Positions 39,480-51,628 of a stretch of DNA of 64,000 nucleotides are shown one piece after another; position 1 is the first letter of the stretch; each line of letters begins with the position of its first letter. A model generated the notes under the pieces. That model did not search any database and was not told where the DNA came from. It saw only the letters and a list, made by a program, of their open reading frames with translations. Origin of the DNA: an uncultured delta proteobacterium (lineage in GTDB: Bacteria; Myxococcota_A; Polyangia; Palsa-1104). Where the stretch lies: NCBI GenBank assembly GCA_963785725.1, contig CAWAWS010000007.1, positions 448,001 to 512,000 of the forward strand, written 5' to 3'. The position numbers and the translations under genes were made by a program.

Positions 39480-40654
39480 AGATCGCCGCACGCGTCACCC
39501 GCATTCAGCCGTCGCTCACCCTCGCTGTCAGCGCCAAAGCCGCCAAGCTGAAGGCGCAAGGCGTCGATGTCATCGCCTTCGGCGTCGGCGAGCCCGACTT
39601 CGACACGCCCGATTACGTCAAAGACGCGGCCATCGCCGCGATCCAGAAGGGCGGCGTCGCCAAATACACCGCCGTATCGGGCACGCCCGCGTTGCGCGCC
39701 GCCGTCGCTGCCGAGCTCAACGGTGCGCACGGCACGAAGCACACGGCCGACGACGTCATCGTCTCGGTCGGCGCCAAGCACTCGCTCTTCAACCTGTTCA
39801 TGGCGATGCTCGACGACGGCGACGAGGTGATCATTCCGTCGCCGTGCTGGGTCAGCTATCCCGAGCTCGTGCAGATGGCGGGCGGCAAAGCGGTCCTCTT
39901 GCCGTCGAAGGCCGAGGACGGCTACCAGCTCGACGGTGACGCGCTGGCCAAGCTGGTGACGCCGAAGACGCGCGCCATCATGCTCAACTCGCCGTCGAAT
40001 CCGACCGGCGCCGTTTACAACAAGCAGTCGATGGAAGCGGTCGCCAGCGTGCTGCGCGCGAACCCCGAGGTTTACGCGATCACCGACGACATCTATCGCA
40101 AGCTCGTCTACGGCGTCGAGTGGCTGTCGCTGCCGCGGCTGGCGCCCGACATCGCCGACCGCGTGCTGCTCGTCGACGGCGTGTCCAAGACGTACGCCAT
40201 GACCGGCTGGCGCATCGGCTACTTGGCCGGCCCGCGCGCGCTCGTCAAGGCGATGGACACGCTGCAAGGCCAGTCGACGACGAACGCCTCGGCCGTCGCG
40301 CAAGCCGCGGCGCTGGCCGCGTTGACCGGCCCGCAGGACTCGATCTCCACGATGCACACCGAGTTCGATCGCCGTCGCCGCGCCATGACCGCCGGCCTGC
40401 GCGCAATCCCGCAGGTCGTGCTGCACGAGCCGCTGGGCGCGTTCTACTGCTTCCCCGACTTCTCCGCCTATTGCGGCGGGCAGTTCAAAGACGACGTCGC
40501 GCTCGCCGAGTACATCCTCGAGCAAGGCCGCGTCGCCGTCGTTCCCGGCACTGGCTTCAGCGCGCCCGGCTTCTTGCGCCTGTCCTACGCCACGTCGATG
40601 AAGAACGTCGAAGAGGGCGTTCGCCGCATCGCCGAAGCCCTCGCCAAGCTCTAA
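39476..40654 (+). CDS. PLP-dependent aspartate aminotransferase (class I/II)
   Basis: [39 protein letters not shown]. Confidence 0.92.
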   Translation: MKIAARVTRIQPSLTLAVSAKAAKLKAQGVDVIAFGVGEPDFDTPDYVKDAAIAAIQKGGVAKYTAVSGTPALRAAVAAELNGAHGTKHTADDVIVSVGAKHSLFNLFMAMLDDGDEVIIPSPCWVSYPELVQMAGGKAVLLPSKAEDGYQLDGDALAKLVTPKTRAIMLNSPSNPTGAVYNKQSMEAVASVLRANPEVYAITDDIYRKLVYGVEWLSLPRLAPDIADRVLLVDGVSKTYAMTGWRIGYLAGPRALVKAMDTLQGQSTTNASAVAQAAALAALTGPQDSISTMHTEFDRRRRAMTAGLRAIPQVVLHEPLGAFYCFPDFSAYCGGQFKDDVALAEYILEQGRVAVVPGTGFSAPGFLRLSYATSMKNVEEGVRRIAEALAKL

Positions 40655-40673
40655 TCGGCCGTAGGCGTTCGCG

Positions 40674-41462
40674 TCAGCGTGCGCGCAGCGTGAAGATCGC
40701 GCACTCGGCCGGCGCGCCCGCGCGAATCGGCACCGACGACGAGCCAATCCCGCAGTTCACATACAACAGCGCGTCCTGAACGTCGTAGAAGCCGGCGAGA
40801 TAGCGGTTGCCGAAGCGGGCCGCGATCTTCTCGGTCAAGGAGCCGATCTTGACGTGCCCGCCATGCGTGTGGCCGGCGAGGATGAGCCCCTTGCCGTTGT
40901 CCGCCGCGCGATCGGCCAAGTTCGGCACGTGCGTCAGCACGATGCGGCTGCCCTCTTTGCGCACGCCGGTGAACGCCTTTTTGACGTCGGCGTGGCCGGT
41001 GATGGCGTCGTCGATGCCGACGATCGTCAAGGGCGCGTGGTTCAGCTGCACCTCCGAGTGCCCGTTGCGCAGGACGCTCATGCCGTTGCGCTCGAGCGCG
41101 CGACGCACGCCGGCGCCGTCGGTCCAATAGTCGTGATTGCCGAGCACGGCGTAGGTGGGCACGCGAATCCCGCGCGTCAGCTCCGCCAGCCGACCGACGA
41201 ACTTCGGCGCGTAGCAGACGAAATCGCCGGTCAAGAGCAGCAGATCGGGCTTGGCATCCTGCGCCATCTCGAGCGCGCGCAAGATCTTGCGGGCCGGCGT
41301 CAACAGGCCGACGTGCAGGTCGGTCAGGTGCGCGATGCGAACGCCGTCGTGCGCTTCGTCGAGCCCAGGTACGACGACGTCGCGCTCGACGAGCCGTGGC
41401 CCATCGGGGCGCCGCTTGTGAAACCGCGAGCGAACCAGCGCCGGTCCCGCGTGGCTGTGCAT
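40674..41462 (-). CDS. Metallophosphoesterase (YkuE/YaeI-like)
   Basis: TDLH, TGDF, GNHD, LTH, GHTHGG. Confidence 0.9.
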   Translation of the reverse strand: MHSHAGPALVRSRFHKRRPDGPRLVERDVVVPGLDEAHDGVRIAHLTDLHVGLLTPARKILRALEMAQDAKPDLLLLTGDFVCYAPKFVGRLAELTRGIRVPTYAVLGNHDYWTDGAGVRRALERNGMSVLRNGHSEVQLNHAPLTIVGIDDAITGHADVKKAFTGVRKEGSRIVLTHVPNLADRAADNGKGLILAGHTHGGHVKIGSLTEKIAARFGNRYLAGFYDVQDALLYVNCGIGSSSVPIRAGAPAECAIFTLRAR

Positions 41463-41558
41463 TGACCTAAGTATAGGTCGGTCACGCGAGGGCGCCCGAA
41501 CTAAAGTTGCACGCGGAAACGCCGGAAATGTAGGGGAGTGGGCGAAGAAAACGACGAG

Positions 41559-42482
41559 TTACGCGTTCTTGAAGACGTTCATCACGTCGCCGAGCAGCTT
41601 CAGCGCGTCCTTGTGCGGGCGCTGGAACGCGTTGCGACCCATGATGCTGCCGAAGCCGCCGCCGGCCGCGATCTGCTTGACGTCCTCGAGCACGCCCGCG
41701 TCGTCCTTGGTCTCGCCGCCCGAGAAGATGACGATGCGCTTGCCGTTGAAGCACGACTGCACGACGTGACGCACGCGATCGGCCAGCGTCTTGGTCGGGA
41801 TGTTGTACTTCTCGAAGACCTTCTTGGCCTCCTCCTGGTACACGACATCTTTCGGCGGCTTGACCTTCACGATGTGCGCGCCGAGCTGGCACGACACCTG
41901 CGCCGCGTAGGCCGTGACATCCGCCGCCTGCTCGCCCTCTTTCGCCAAGCCCGCGCCGCGCGGATAGGCCCACAGAACGGTCGGCAAGCCGACGTCTTTG
42001 GCCTCGAGGATGAGCTCGCGAATCTCCTGATACATCGTGTTGCGCGCGGAAGATCCCGGGTAAATCGTGAAGCCGATGGCCGAACAGCCGAGGCGCAGCG
42101 CGTCCTTCACCGAGCCCGTCACCGCCGAGCACGGCTCCTGCTTCGACAGCGTGTCCGAGTTGTTCAGCTTCAGGATCAGCGGCACCTGGCCGGCGAACTT
42201 GAGCACGCTCGCTTCGAGCTGCCCGAGCGGCGCCGCGTAGGCGTTGCAGCCGGCGTCGATGGCGAGCTGGAAGTGATAGTCGGGATCGTACGCCGCCGGA
42301 TTGGGCGCGAACGAGCGCGCCGGACCGTGCTCGAAGCCCTGGTCGACGGGCAGAATCACCATCTTGCCGGTGCCGGCGAGCGTGCCGTGGTTGAGCAGGC
42401 GCGCCAAGTTGGTGACGACGCCCGGGTTCTCCGAAGCGTACCAAGACAGGATGTGACGGACTTTATCGGTCGTCTGCGACAT
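41559..42482 (-). CDS. fbaB: Class I fructose-bisphosphate aldolase (DhnA type)
   Basis: ILPVDQGFEHGP, AIGFTIYPGS, WAYPRG, IVKVK, FSGG, MGRNAFQR. Confidence 0.92.
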   Translation of the reverse strand: MSQTTDKVRHILSWYASENPGVVTNLARLLNHGTLAGTGKMVILPVDQGFEHGPARSFAPNPAAYDPDYHFQLAIDAGCNAYAAPLGQLEASVLKFAGQVPLILKLNNSDTLSKQEPCSAVTGSVKDALRLGCSAIGFTIYPGSSARNTMYQEIRELILEAKDVGLPTVLWAYPRGAGLAKEGEQAADVTAYAAQVSCQLGAHIVKVKPPKDVVYQEEAKKVFEKYNIPTKTLADRVRHVVQSCFNGKRIVIFSGGETKDDAGVLEDVKQIAAGGGFGSIMGRNAFQRPHKDALKLLGDVMNVFKNA

Positions 42483-42567
42483 GTTCAGCCTCGCTGGGAT
42501 TTTGCTGCGCGCATCGTATGACTAGGCACGCGCAATTGCAATCATAGCGTAACTCAGATTAGAGTCA

Positions 42568-42813
42568 CTAAATATCGGACAGCTTCCGCAGCTGCGCACG
42601 CACGGCTGCCTGCGCCGCTTGATAGCCGGCGAGCAAACCGTCTTCGTAGTTCCACTCGGGGCTGCCCGACAGCTCGGGAAAATCTTGCGGCTGCTGCACG
42701 TCGTCTTCGGTGAGCCGGCCGTTGATGCGGCGTGCATGCGTCAGCACGCGCTTGCGCTGCATGACCACCATCTCCTCCAAGAGCTGCTCGATCGCGGCGG
42801 CGACGTCGGCCAT
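42568..42813 (-). CDS. Small hypothetical protein
   Basis: ATG ORF co-oriented with the CDF gene; folded-looking motif QPQDFPEL..WNYEDGLLAG. Confidence 0.75.
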   Translation of the reverse strand: MADVAAAIEQLLEEMVVMQRKRVLTHARRINGRLTEDDVQQPQDFPELSGSPEWNYEDGLLAGYQAAQAAVRAQLRKLSDI

Positions 42814-42822
42814 GCGGCGGTT

Positions 42823-43767
42823 CTAGCACACGTGGCAGTCGTGTTCGAACGCTTCGGACTCGAGCTGAATGGTCGTGTGCGTGATCTTGAACTGCCCGGC
42901 CAGCGTCTGCTTCAGCTTCTCGATCAGCCGATCGCGCTCGGCCGCGTCACAGCCGCGCACGACGATGTGCGCCGACAGCGCGTGCAAGCCGCTCGTGATC
43001 GTCCAAACGTGCAGATCGTGGACCGCCACGACGTGCGTCATGTTGTCGATCGCGTGCGTCACGCCGGCGAGATCGATGTCGCGCGGCACCGCTTCGAGCA
43101 GCACGTCGACGGCGGTGCGAATGAGCGAATACGAGCCGTAGATGATGAAGAGGCCGATGCCGATCGACAGCGCCGGATCGAGCCAATACAGCCCGTGCGC
43201 GAAGTACATGACACAGCCGCCGACGAGCACCGCCAGCGACGACAGCGTATCGCCGAGCACGTGCAAGTAGGCGCCTTTGACGTTGAGCGAGTGCGAGCCG
43301 TGCAACAGCTTGGCGCCGATCAGGTTGGCGACGAGGCCGATGGCCGCGATCGGCATCATCACGCGCGTGTCGACGGGAACCGCGGACTGCAGCCGCTGAA
43401 CGCCTTCGTAGATGATGAGGATCGACAGCGCCACCAGCGTCACGCCGTTGCCTAGCGCCGCCAAGATCTCGACGCGGTGCCAGCCGTAGGTGCGGCGGGC
43501 GTCCGACGGCCGGGAGGCGATGACCAGCGCCGCCAGCGACAAGGCCATGCCGACGGCGTCCGACAACATGTGACCGGCGTCGGAGAGCAGCGCCAGCGAG
43601 TGGGCGATGAAGCCGCCGACCACTTCGGCGACCAAGATCACCGCCGTGACGACGAGCGCGCCGATCAGCCGTCTGCGATCGCCGAGCCGGGCCGCGCCAG
43701 GGGCGTGATCGTGATCGTGACCGGACGCGCCATGGTCGTGATCATGATGATGATGATGTGCGCCCAC
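42823..43767 (-). CDS. Cation diffusion facilitator (CzcD/ZitB-like) Zn/Co/Cd efflux transporter
   Basis: His-rich N-terminus, SLALLSDAGHMLSD, AYLHVLGD, VHDLHVW, HTTIQLE. Confidence 0.92.
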   Translation of the reverse strand: MGAHHHHHDHDHGASGHDHDHAPGAARLGDRRRLIGALVVTAVILVAEVVGGFIAHSLALLSDAGHMLSDAVGMALSLAALVIASRPSDARRTYGWHRVEILAALGNGVTLVALSILIIYEGVQRLQSAVPVDTRVMMPIAAIGLVANLIGAKLLHGSHSLNVKGAYLHVLGDTLSSLAVLVGGCVMYFAHGLYWLDPALSIGIGLFIIYGSYSLIRTAVDVLLEAVPRDIDLAGVTHAIDNMTHVVAVHDLHVWTITSGLHALSAHIVVRGCDAAERDRLIEKLKQTLAGQFKITHTTIQLESEAFEHDCHVC

Positions 43768-43823
43768 CGGATCTCACTCTAACCGTAATGGTAATGCCGT
43801 AGCGCGGGCCGATCAACGAAGGA

Positions 43824-45117
43824 TCAGCGGCCGAGCAGATATCGTCGCGTCGGATGCACGCGCGCGTCGGCGGTCAACGCGGTGCGGCCGACGAGCATGG
43901 AGAAGCGCATGTCGCCGCGATCGGTCAAGGTCACGCGCACGCGGCCGACGCGATCGCCCAGCGCCAGTAACGTTTCGATGACGGGGCGGCGCTCGGTGTG
44001 GCCGCCCGAGTCCTTGACCTGCGCGTATTCGACGACGCTGACGCGGGTCGAGCGATCGCGGCCGGCCTCGTCGGGGATGGTCACGTCCATGAGGATGTTG
44101 CCGTCGTCGTCGAAGGCCACTTCGCGCATCGACGTCACGTGCAAGGCCGAGCTGCGCGCGCCGGTGTCGATCTTGGCGCGCAGCTGCAGGCCGAGCTCGG
44201 GCAGGGCGACGTGCTCGCACCAGCCGAGATCGAACGCCTCGCCGTCGCTCGGGCGGCGCGACTGTTTGACGCGATGGAGCGTGCGCGACAAGCGGCCGAT
44301 GTGGATTTCGCCGGCGAGACCGATGCGCTGCTCGGCCGAAATCGACAACACGACGCCGCTGACCGGCGCGCGCAGGCTCTTGCGTGTGCGCGTTCCGGGC
44401 GGCCCGACGTAGGCGATCGCTTGCCCTTTGTCGACGATGTCGCCGACGTGAACGACGGCCTCCATCAGCTCTTCGCCCCAAGCGTCTACTGTGGCAACGC
44501 TCTTGAGGACGACGCGCACGTCGGGTTTCAGCGGTGGATCGCCGGTCATTCCCAGCGTGCCCAAGAGCGAGCCGAGCGCGACCGCGGCGCGATCGATCAC
44601 CGGGCGCGACAAGCGCCCTTGCTCGCCGTCGATGAACACGACCGCGGGCGCGGTGACGATGGTGCGGTTGATCGGCGCCGGCAGCGGCCGGGCGAAGCGG
44701 GCGCCGAGCGCGCGCGCCACTTTGCGGGCGGCGTCGTCGTCGACGTCGAGCTCGAGGTGCGGCGTCGTGATGAAGCCGGGCGTCGCCGTCTGCAGAATGA
44801 CGAGCGCGGCGGCGTCGTGGCAGACGGCGCGCAGCGCGGCGGCGTCGCGATAGGCCTCGCGCGCCGGCGGAATCGCCGGGCCGGCCAGCAGAATGCCCGA
44901 CGGCGCCGTGCAATTCGCCGGGCACCAGGCGATCGCGCAGCTCACCGAGCGCCTGCACCTGCGACGGATCGCTCACGCCCGACGGCACCCACGCCCACAC
45001 GATCGGCCCGGCGTGCGCGCCGCGCACGACGTGCGCCGTCACGCCACCGCCGAGCTCGACGACGCCGCTTCCGCCCGGCGCCACGAGCAGCGCTGGATTC
45101 CGCGGCGCGCTCGTCAC
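43824..45117 (-). CDS. Degenerate AstE/AspA-like region fused to RimB-like retropepsin protease (indel near 44900)
   Basis: HVVRGAHAGP..L.P.EL.G N-terminus, hybrid-barrel GDIVDKGQ, C-terminal GWCE..AKIDTGARSSALH..ERRPVI..DRGDMRFSMLVGR. Confidence 0.7.
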
Positions 45118-45174
45118 GGCCGCACCTTCGATCGATTCGCGGGTGCGATTGGCCGGCCGCTCACGTTCCCGCGC

Positions 45175-46065
45175 TCACGTCTGCCGCTTGCGCACGGCCA
45201 ATTTCTCGGCGTGCTCGACGATGCGGCGCGCGACGTCGATGCCGGTGGCGCGCTCGACGCCCTTCAACCCCGGCGAGCTGTTGACCTCGATGACGCGCGG
45301 CCCGTCTTTCGATTCCAGCATGTCGACGCCGGCGACGCCGAGCCCCATGATGCGCGCGGCGTCGAGCGCGGCGCGCGCGTAGTCGGGCGGCAGCTCGATG
45401 CGCTCGCCGAGGCCGCCGCGATGCAGATTGCTGCGGAATTCGCCCTTCTTGGCCGTGCGCCGCATCGCCGCCACCAGCTCGCCGCCGACGACGAGCGCGC
45501 GAATGTCGCGCCCTTTGGACTCGGCGATGAACTCCTGCAGAATGATGTTCTGCCCGAGGCCCCACAGCGTATCGATCGTCGACTCCACCGCCGCCGACGA
45601 CTCCGCGATCATGACGCCGACGCCCTGCGTGCCTTGCAAGAGCTTGATGATGACCGGCGTGCCACCGACGGCATCGACGGCCGCGCGAATGGCCTCCGGC
45701 GTGCGCGCCATCGCCGTGCGCGGAATGCCGACGTCGTGCGCCGACAGATACTGCAGCGCCCGCAGCTTGTCGCGCGAACGCGCGATGGCGAGCCCCGAGT
45801 TGACCGACGGCACGCCGGCGCGCTCGAAGTAGGTGACGACGGCCAAGCCATAGTCGGTGATGCTGGCGCCGATGCGCGGGATGACGACGTCGTAGCCGCG
45901 CATTTCCCGGCCGCGCGCGTACATTTTGTGGGTGTAACGCGAGATGACCAAGACGCAGCCAATCGGATCGATGACGTCGATCTCGTGGCCGAGCGCGCGC
46001 GCAGCTTCGACCAGGCGCGCGGTCGAATGCAGCTTGGCGTTGCGCGACAAGAGCGCGATGCGCAC
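45175..46065 (-). CDS. rimK: RimK-family alpha-L-glutamate ligase
   Basis: VIPRIGASIT, SRDKLR, GTQGVGV, QEFI, EFRSNLHRGG, EVNSSPG. Confidence 0.95.
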   Translation of the reverse strand: MRIALLSRNAKLHSTARLVEAARALGHEIDVIDPIGCVLVISRYTHKMYARGREMRGYDVVIPRIGASITDYGLAVVTYFERAGVPSVNSGLAIARSRDKLRALQYLSAHDVGIPRTAMARTPEAIRAAVDAVGGTPVIIKLLQGTQGVGVMIAESSAAVESTIDTLWGLGQNIILQEFIAESKGRDIRALVVGGELVAAMRRTAKKGEFRSNLHRGGLGERIELPPDYARAALDAARIMGLGVAGVDMLESKDGPRVIEVNSSPGLKGVERATGIDVARRIVEHAEKLAVRKRQT

Positions 46066-46108
46066 GGCGCGTTGCTACCACGGCCGGCGCGCGTGTACCA
46101 TCGAGAAG

Positions 46109-47320
46109 ATGTACCGCAGTGTTCTGGCAACGCTCGTGATGCTCATCGTTTGCACGGCTGTCCCGGCGCGCGCCCAGTCGTGCTTGGCCGGCGACGGCGT
46201 GACGCTGTGGCTCGACTTCGAAGGCGCGGGCGTCGTCGAGGCGGCGAGCGACGATTCCTCGGCGATGCCGGTGCAGTCGCGGCTGGCGCCGACGAGCGCG
46301 GTGGTGCCGCCGTTCGACTCGGCGCCGAGCGCGCCGCAGGTGACGCGCGATCAGGCCATCGCCTCGGTCGTCGACCGCGTGCGCACGCTCTTGCAGCCGT
46401 ACGCGGTCTCGGTCGTGACGACGCGGCCGGCTTACGCGCCCTACACGCGCATCCTCATCGGCGGCACGCAGACGACGATCGGCCTCTCCAGCATCGAAGC
46501 CGGCCTGGCCGAGATCGACTGCGGCAACGCCATCGACAACGACGTCGCGTTCGACTTCGCCGCCGAGCAGACGCCCGATTTCGGCGGCGTCGTCGGCATC
46601 GCCAACGTCGCCGCGCACGAAGCCGGCCACACGTTCGGCCTCGAGCACGTGACGACGCCGACCGACGTCATGTACGCTGCGGCCTCGCCCGATCTGACGC
46701 TGCCGCAGCTGTTCACGCTCTCGTTTTCCGGCGGCGCCTACACCAGCTACGGCGGCGCGGCCTCGTCGGTGTGCGGCAACGATCCGGCCGACGAGGTGGC
46801 GCTGCTCGACTGCAACGTCGGCGCGGCCGACGACGGCGGCGACACGACGCCGCCGACGCTCAATTGGCCCGACGCCGCCGCCGAAGTGCCGACCAGCTTC
46901 CTCGTCAGCGTCGGCGCCAGCGACGATGTCGGCGTCACGCGCGTCGAGTTCTACAAGAACCTGGAGCTGGTGGCTTCGGTCTCGACCCCGCCGTACACGG
47001 CCACGATCACGGCCGCGTCGAGTGAGCAGTTCTACGTCACCGTCGAGGCGATCGACGACGCCGCCAACCGCGCCACGATCACGCGCGCCTTCGCCGCCGC
47101 CGCCACGTCGTCGACGCCCATCGACGCCGGCGTCACCGTCGGCGGCACGGTCCCGCCGATCATGGAAGCGCCCGCCGTGACGTCGAGCGGCTGCTCCATG
47201 TCCGGCCACGCCGCTGCCGACTCCGCCGCTCCGTTCGCGATCGGCTTGGCCCTGTGTGCGTTGCGCGCGCTACGGAATCGTCGCCGGCAGCGACGTGTCG
47301 CTTTCGGACGAGCCTTGTAA
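46109..47320 (+). CDS. Surface metzincin metalloprotease with Ig-like domain and MYXO-CTERM tail
   Basis: Signal peptide, HEAGHTFGLEH and Met-turn DVM, Ig-like ASDDVGVTRVEFY, SSGCSM followed by TM and RRR. Confidence 0.85.
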   Translation: MYRSVLATLVMLIVCTAVPARAQSCLAGDGVTLWLDFEGAGVVEAASDDSSAMPVQSRLAPTSAVVPPFDSAPSAPQVTRDQAIASVVDRVRTLLQPYAVSVVTTRPAYAPYTRILIGGTQTTIGLSSIEAGLAEIDCGNAIDNDVAFDFAAEQTPDFGGVVGIANVAAHEAGHTFGLEHVTTPTDVMYAAASPDLTLPQLFTLSFSGGAYTSYGGAASSVCGNDPADEVALLDCNVGAADDGGDTTPPTLNWPDAAAEVPTSFLVSVGASDDVGVTRVEFYKNLELVASVSTPPYTATITAASSEQFYVTVEAIDDAANRATITRAFAAAATSSTPIDAGVTVGGTVPPIMEAPAVTSSGCSMSGHAAADSAAPFAIGLALCALRALRNRRRQRRVAFGRAL

Positions 47321-48661
47321 GCCGGGCAGCGACGGGTTGGCCGTCGTGCGCACGTAGAGCCGGCCGTACGCGCCGCCACCGCCGCCGCCACCGGCCAAGA
47401 GCTGCCCGCCCGCGCCGCCGACCGTGCCCGCCTGGTCGCTGGAGCCGTCGCCGCCGGAGTTGCCGCCGCCCGGCTGCGAGCCCGTGCCGCCGGTCGAAGG
47501 TGTCGCCGGATCGTCGCCGTCGAAGCCGTCGCCACCTTTCTTGTTCGTGGCGATGCCGGTGCCGCCGCCGCCACCGCCGCCTCCGCCCGACGTCAAGATG
47601 CCACCGCCGGACACGACGGGCGACTCCGCCAACAGCGATCCGCCCGCGCCGCCGCCGGCGCCGCCACCGCTCGTCGTCGTCGCCGGGCAGCCGCCTTTGC
47701 CGCCGCCGCCGCCAACGGTGACGACGCCGTCGACGTTGATGCTGGTGCGCGCGGTGAGCTGCAGCGCGCCGCCGCCGGCGCCGCCGCCGGCCGCCGCCGT
47801 GCAGCCGGCGAGACCGCCGACCGGCGTGTTGCCGGCGCCGCCGCCCGATCCGCCGAGCAGCGACGTCAACGTGGCGCTGCCGTAAGTCGTGCCGGCCGCG
47901 CCGCCCGCCGGCGCCGTCTGGCCAAGGCCGACGACCGCCGTGCCGCCAGCCTTGCCCACTGCGCCATAGCCGCCGCCACCGCCGCCGCTGCCGTCGGTCG
48001 CGGCCGTGGTGCTGACGCCGCCTTTGCCGGGACCGGCGCCCGCCGCTTGTCCGGCCGGCCCGGGCGTCGCGCCGTGCGCGCCGGCGTCGAGCGTGCCGTT
48101 GGTGTCGACCTCGATGGTGGCGCCGGCGACGATGACGAGCGGCTTGCCGCCGACGACGCGCACCGTGACGTTGGCGTTGATGGTCAAGCTGTGCAGCGCC
48201 AACACGACGAGCCCGCTGTCGCTCACCAGCGTCACGCCCGTTGTCGCCGGCGTCACCGTGAGCGCGCTCGTGTCGATCGTCGTCTGATCGGCCGGCACCC
48301 AGTCGACCGCCGAGTCGTTCAAGTAGTGGTAGGCCACGTGCGACGGAAAGCCGGCGATCGGCGGCGTCATGTCGGCCGGCGGCGGCGGTGGTGGCGGCGG
48401 CGTCATCGTCATGTCGGCCGGCTTCGTCGGGTCCGACATCGTCATATCGACCGACGGCTTCGTCGGCCCGCTCATGTCGGTGGAAGGCGGTCCAGCCGGC
48501 GCCGACAGGTCGCTGCCGCCGTCGCCGATGGGTCCGCCCGGCTGTGCGAGATCGGCGGTCATGGTAGGTGGCAGCGCGTCGCCGTCGCCACCGGTGCCTT
48601 CGAGCTGGAAGTGACAGCCGGTTGCGAGCGCGCAAAAGAGCAAGAAATACGAATATCGCAC
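47270..48661 (-). CDS. Gly-rich surface lipoprotein
   Basis: Lipobox ATGC, DM/DL low-complexity stalk, GGSGGG/GGGAGG repeats. Confidence 0.8.
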   Translation of the reverse strand: MRYSYFLLFCALATGCHFQLEGTGGDGDALPPTMTADLAQPGGPIGDGGSDLSAPAGPPSTDMSGPTKPSVDMTMSDPTKPADMTMTPPPPPPPPADMTPPIAGFPSHVAYHYLNDSAVDWVPADQTTIDTSALTVTPATTGVTLVSDSGLVVLALHSLTINANVTVRVVGGKPLVIVAGATIEVDTNGTLDAGAHGATPGPAGQAAGAGPGKGGVSTTAATDGSGGGGGGYGAVGKAGGTAVVGLGQTAPAGGAAGTTYGSATLTSLLGGSGGGAGNTPVGGLAGCTAAAGGGAGGGALQLTARTSINVDGVVTVGGGGGKGGCPATTTSGGGAGGGAGGSLLAESPVVSGGGILTSGGGGGGGGGTGIATNKKGGDGFDGDDPATPSTGGTGSQPGGGNSGGDGSSDQAGTVGGAGGQLLAGGGGGGGAYGRLYVRTTANPSLPGLQGSSESDTSLPATIP

Positions 48662-48763
48662 GGCTGGAAGGTAACACAGCCTACACACGCGGTCGACCGT
48701 CGCGAATGACGACAGCGTCTGGTTCGAGGACAGTGGCTGTGCTACTTTACGACAGCGGGATCG

Positions 48764-50351
<1,588 letters not shown>

Positions 50352-50354
50352 ACG

Positions 50355-50552
50355 ATGACGACGCCCAAACCCGTTAATTGTCCGCAGTGCAAGAAGCCGG
50401 TCGCCGCCGACGCTAAGTCCTTCCCGTTCTGCAGCGAGCGCTGCCGGCTGGTCGATCTCGGCAACTGGCTCGACGGCCGTTACCGCATTGCCTCCACCGA
50501 CGAGCGCAAGGCCGACGTGGACGGCGAGGGCGAGGATCCCGACGTCAACTGA
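50355..50552 (+). CDS. yacG: DNA gyrase inhibitor YacG
   Basis: CPQC..FPFCSERCRLVDLGNW. Confidence 0.95.
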   Translation: MTTPKPVNCPQCKKPVAADAKSFPFCSERCRLVDLGNWLDGRYRIASTDERKADVDGEGEDPDVN

Positions 50553-50606
50553 GCGTGTGATCGCGATCGCGAGCCGCGGCTGAGCCGCGTGTTATGAGCG
50601 GCGGTC

Positions 50607-51590
50607 ATGATCGCGCCCTTTCTCGCCGCCGTCGTCGCCGCGCTGCCCGCCAGCGGCGAGCCGGTGCGCTTCGACGTCAGCGCGGCCGCGCAGTTCGACG
50701 GACGCACCATCATCGCGGCGCACAATGCCGACGAAGGCGCATGGCTCGCCGGCGGCGGCAGCGCCGGTGCCACGCTCTACAGCCGCCGCCTCGTCGATGA
50801 CGACGCCGCGCCGGCGCTGCAGCCGTTTTTGCAGCGCGCGTGGAGCCTGCACGTGGACGGCGGCGGTGCTGGCGGCGCGACGCGCTACCCGTTCCGGGTG
50901 ATCGAGGCGACGCAGCCGAGCGTCAAGCTCACGGACTATCGCGGCCGAATCGGCGAGGAATATGGCGCGCTCGCGGTCGAGAGTTACTTCGGTCGCTGGC
51001 TCTACGGCGCCGCGTCTTTCGGCGTATCGCATCGAACCTGGCAGCCCGTCGTTCCCTTTACGCCGGGCACATTCGACGCGCTGAACGACAACGAGCTGCT
51101 GCTGCCGGCGTCGCTCTCGCTCGGCGTTCGGGTTCGCGAGCTCCTCGTCACCGCCGGCTGGTCGGTCACGCCGTACCACTTTCGCGACATCGACTTCCGC
51201 GTGCGCTTTTGGGGCGGCGCGTTCGTCGCCGGTCGCGCGGTCGTCGCGCGCCGGCTCGAGCTGTCGGCGCGCGTCGACGTCATCGACCGCGGCGCGCTCG
51301 TGTCCGCGGCGGCGACGGTGTGGCTGCGCCGGCGCATCGGCGTCACCGTCGGCGTTCACGGCGGCCACGGCGGCTTCGCCGACTACAGCGCGCTCTACGA
51401 CACCGTCGGCGGGCAGCTCGGCGTCAGCTATTGGCTCTCGCCCGCGTTGAACGCGTCGCTGGCCTATTCGCCGGTGTGGCAAAGCCCGATGTCGCTCACC
51501 GGTCTCGGCTCCTTCGCGCCATCGCTCTCGACGGCCGCGCACACGCTGACGCTGACGTTGACCGCGCGTCCGCTGCTCGTGCGCCGCTGA
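50607..51590 (+). CDS. Hypothetical beta-barrel-like exported protein
   Basis: Signal-like N-terminus, aromatic/Gly-rich alternating strands. Confidence 0.6.
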   Translation: MIAPFLAAVVAALPASGEPVRFDVSAAAQFDGRTIIAAHNADEGAWLAGGGSAGATLYSRRLVDDDAAPALQPFLQRAWSLHVDGGGAGGATRYPFRVIEATQPSVKLTDYRGRIGEEYGALAVESYFGRWLYGAASFGVSHRTWQPVVPFTPGTFDALNDNELLLPASLSLGVRVRELLVTAGWSVTPYHFRDIDFRVRFWGGAFVAGRAVVARRLELSARVDVIDRGALVSAAATVWLRRRIGVTVGVHGGHGGFADYSALYDTVGGQLGVSYWLSPALNASLAYSPVWQSPMSLTGLGSFAPSLSTAAHTLTLTLTARPLLVRR

Positions 51591-51628
51591 ATCAGCGAGC
51601 ACGTCGACTTGCGCAAGAGCGCGCGGTG

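Noticed and set aside
38978..40654. Apparent CoaD-aminotransferase fusion (558-aa ORF)
   Set aside because: One extra base near 39410 explains it; correction restores a normal CoaD C-terminus with an ATGA overlap to the aminotransferase.
42523..42540. Sigma54 promoter-like AGGCACGCGCAATTGCA
   Set aside because: GG-to-GC spacing is 11 rather than 10, and it points antisense to the flanking genes.
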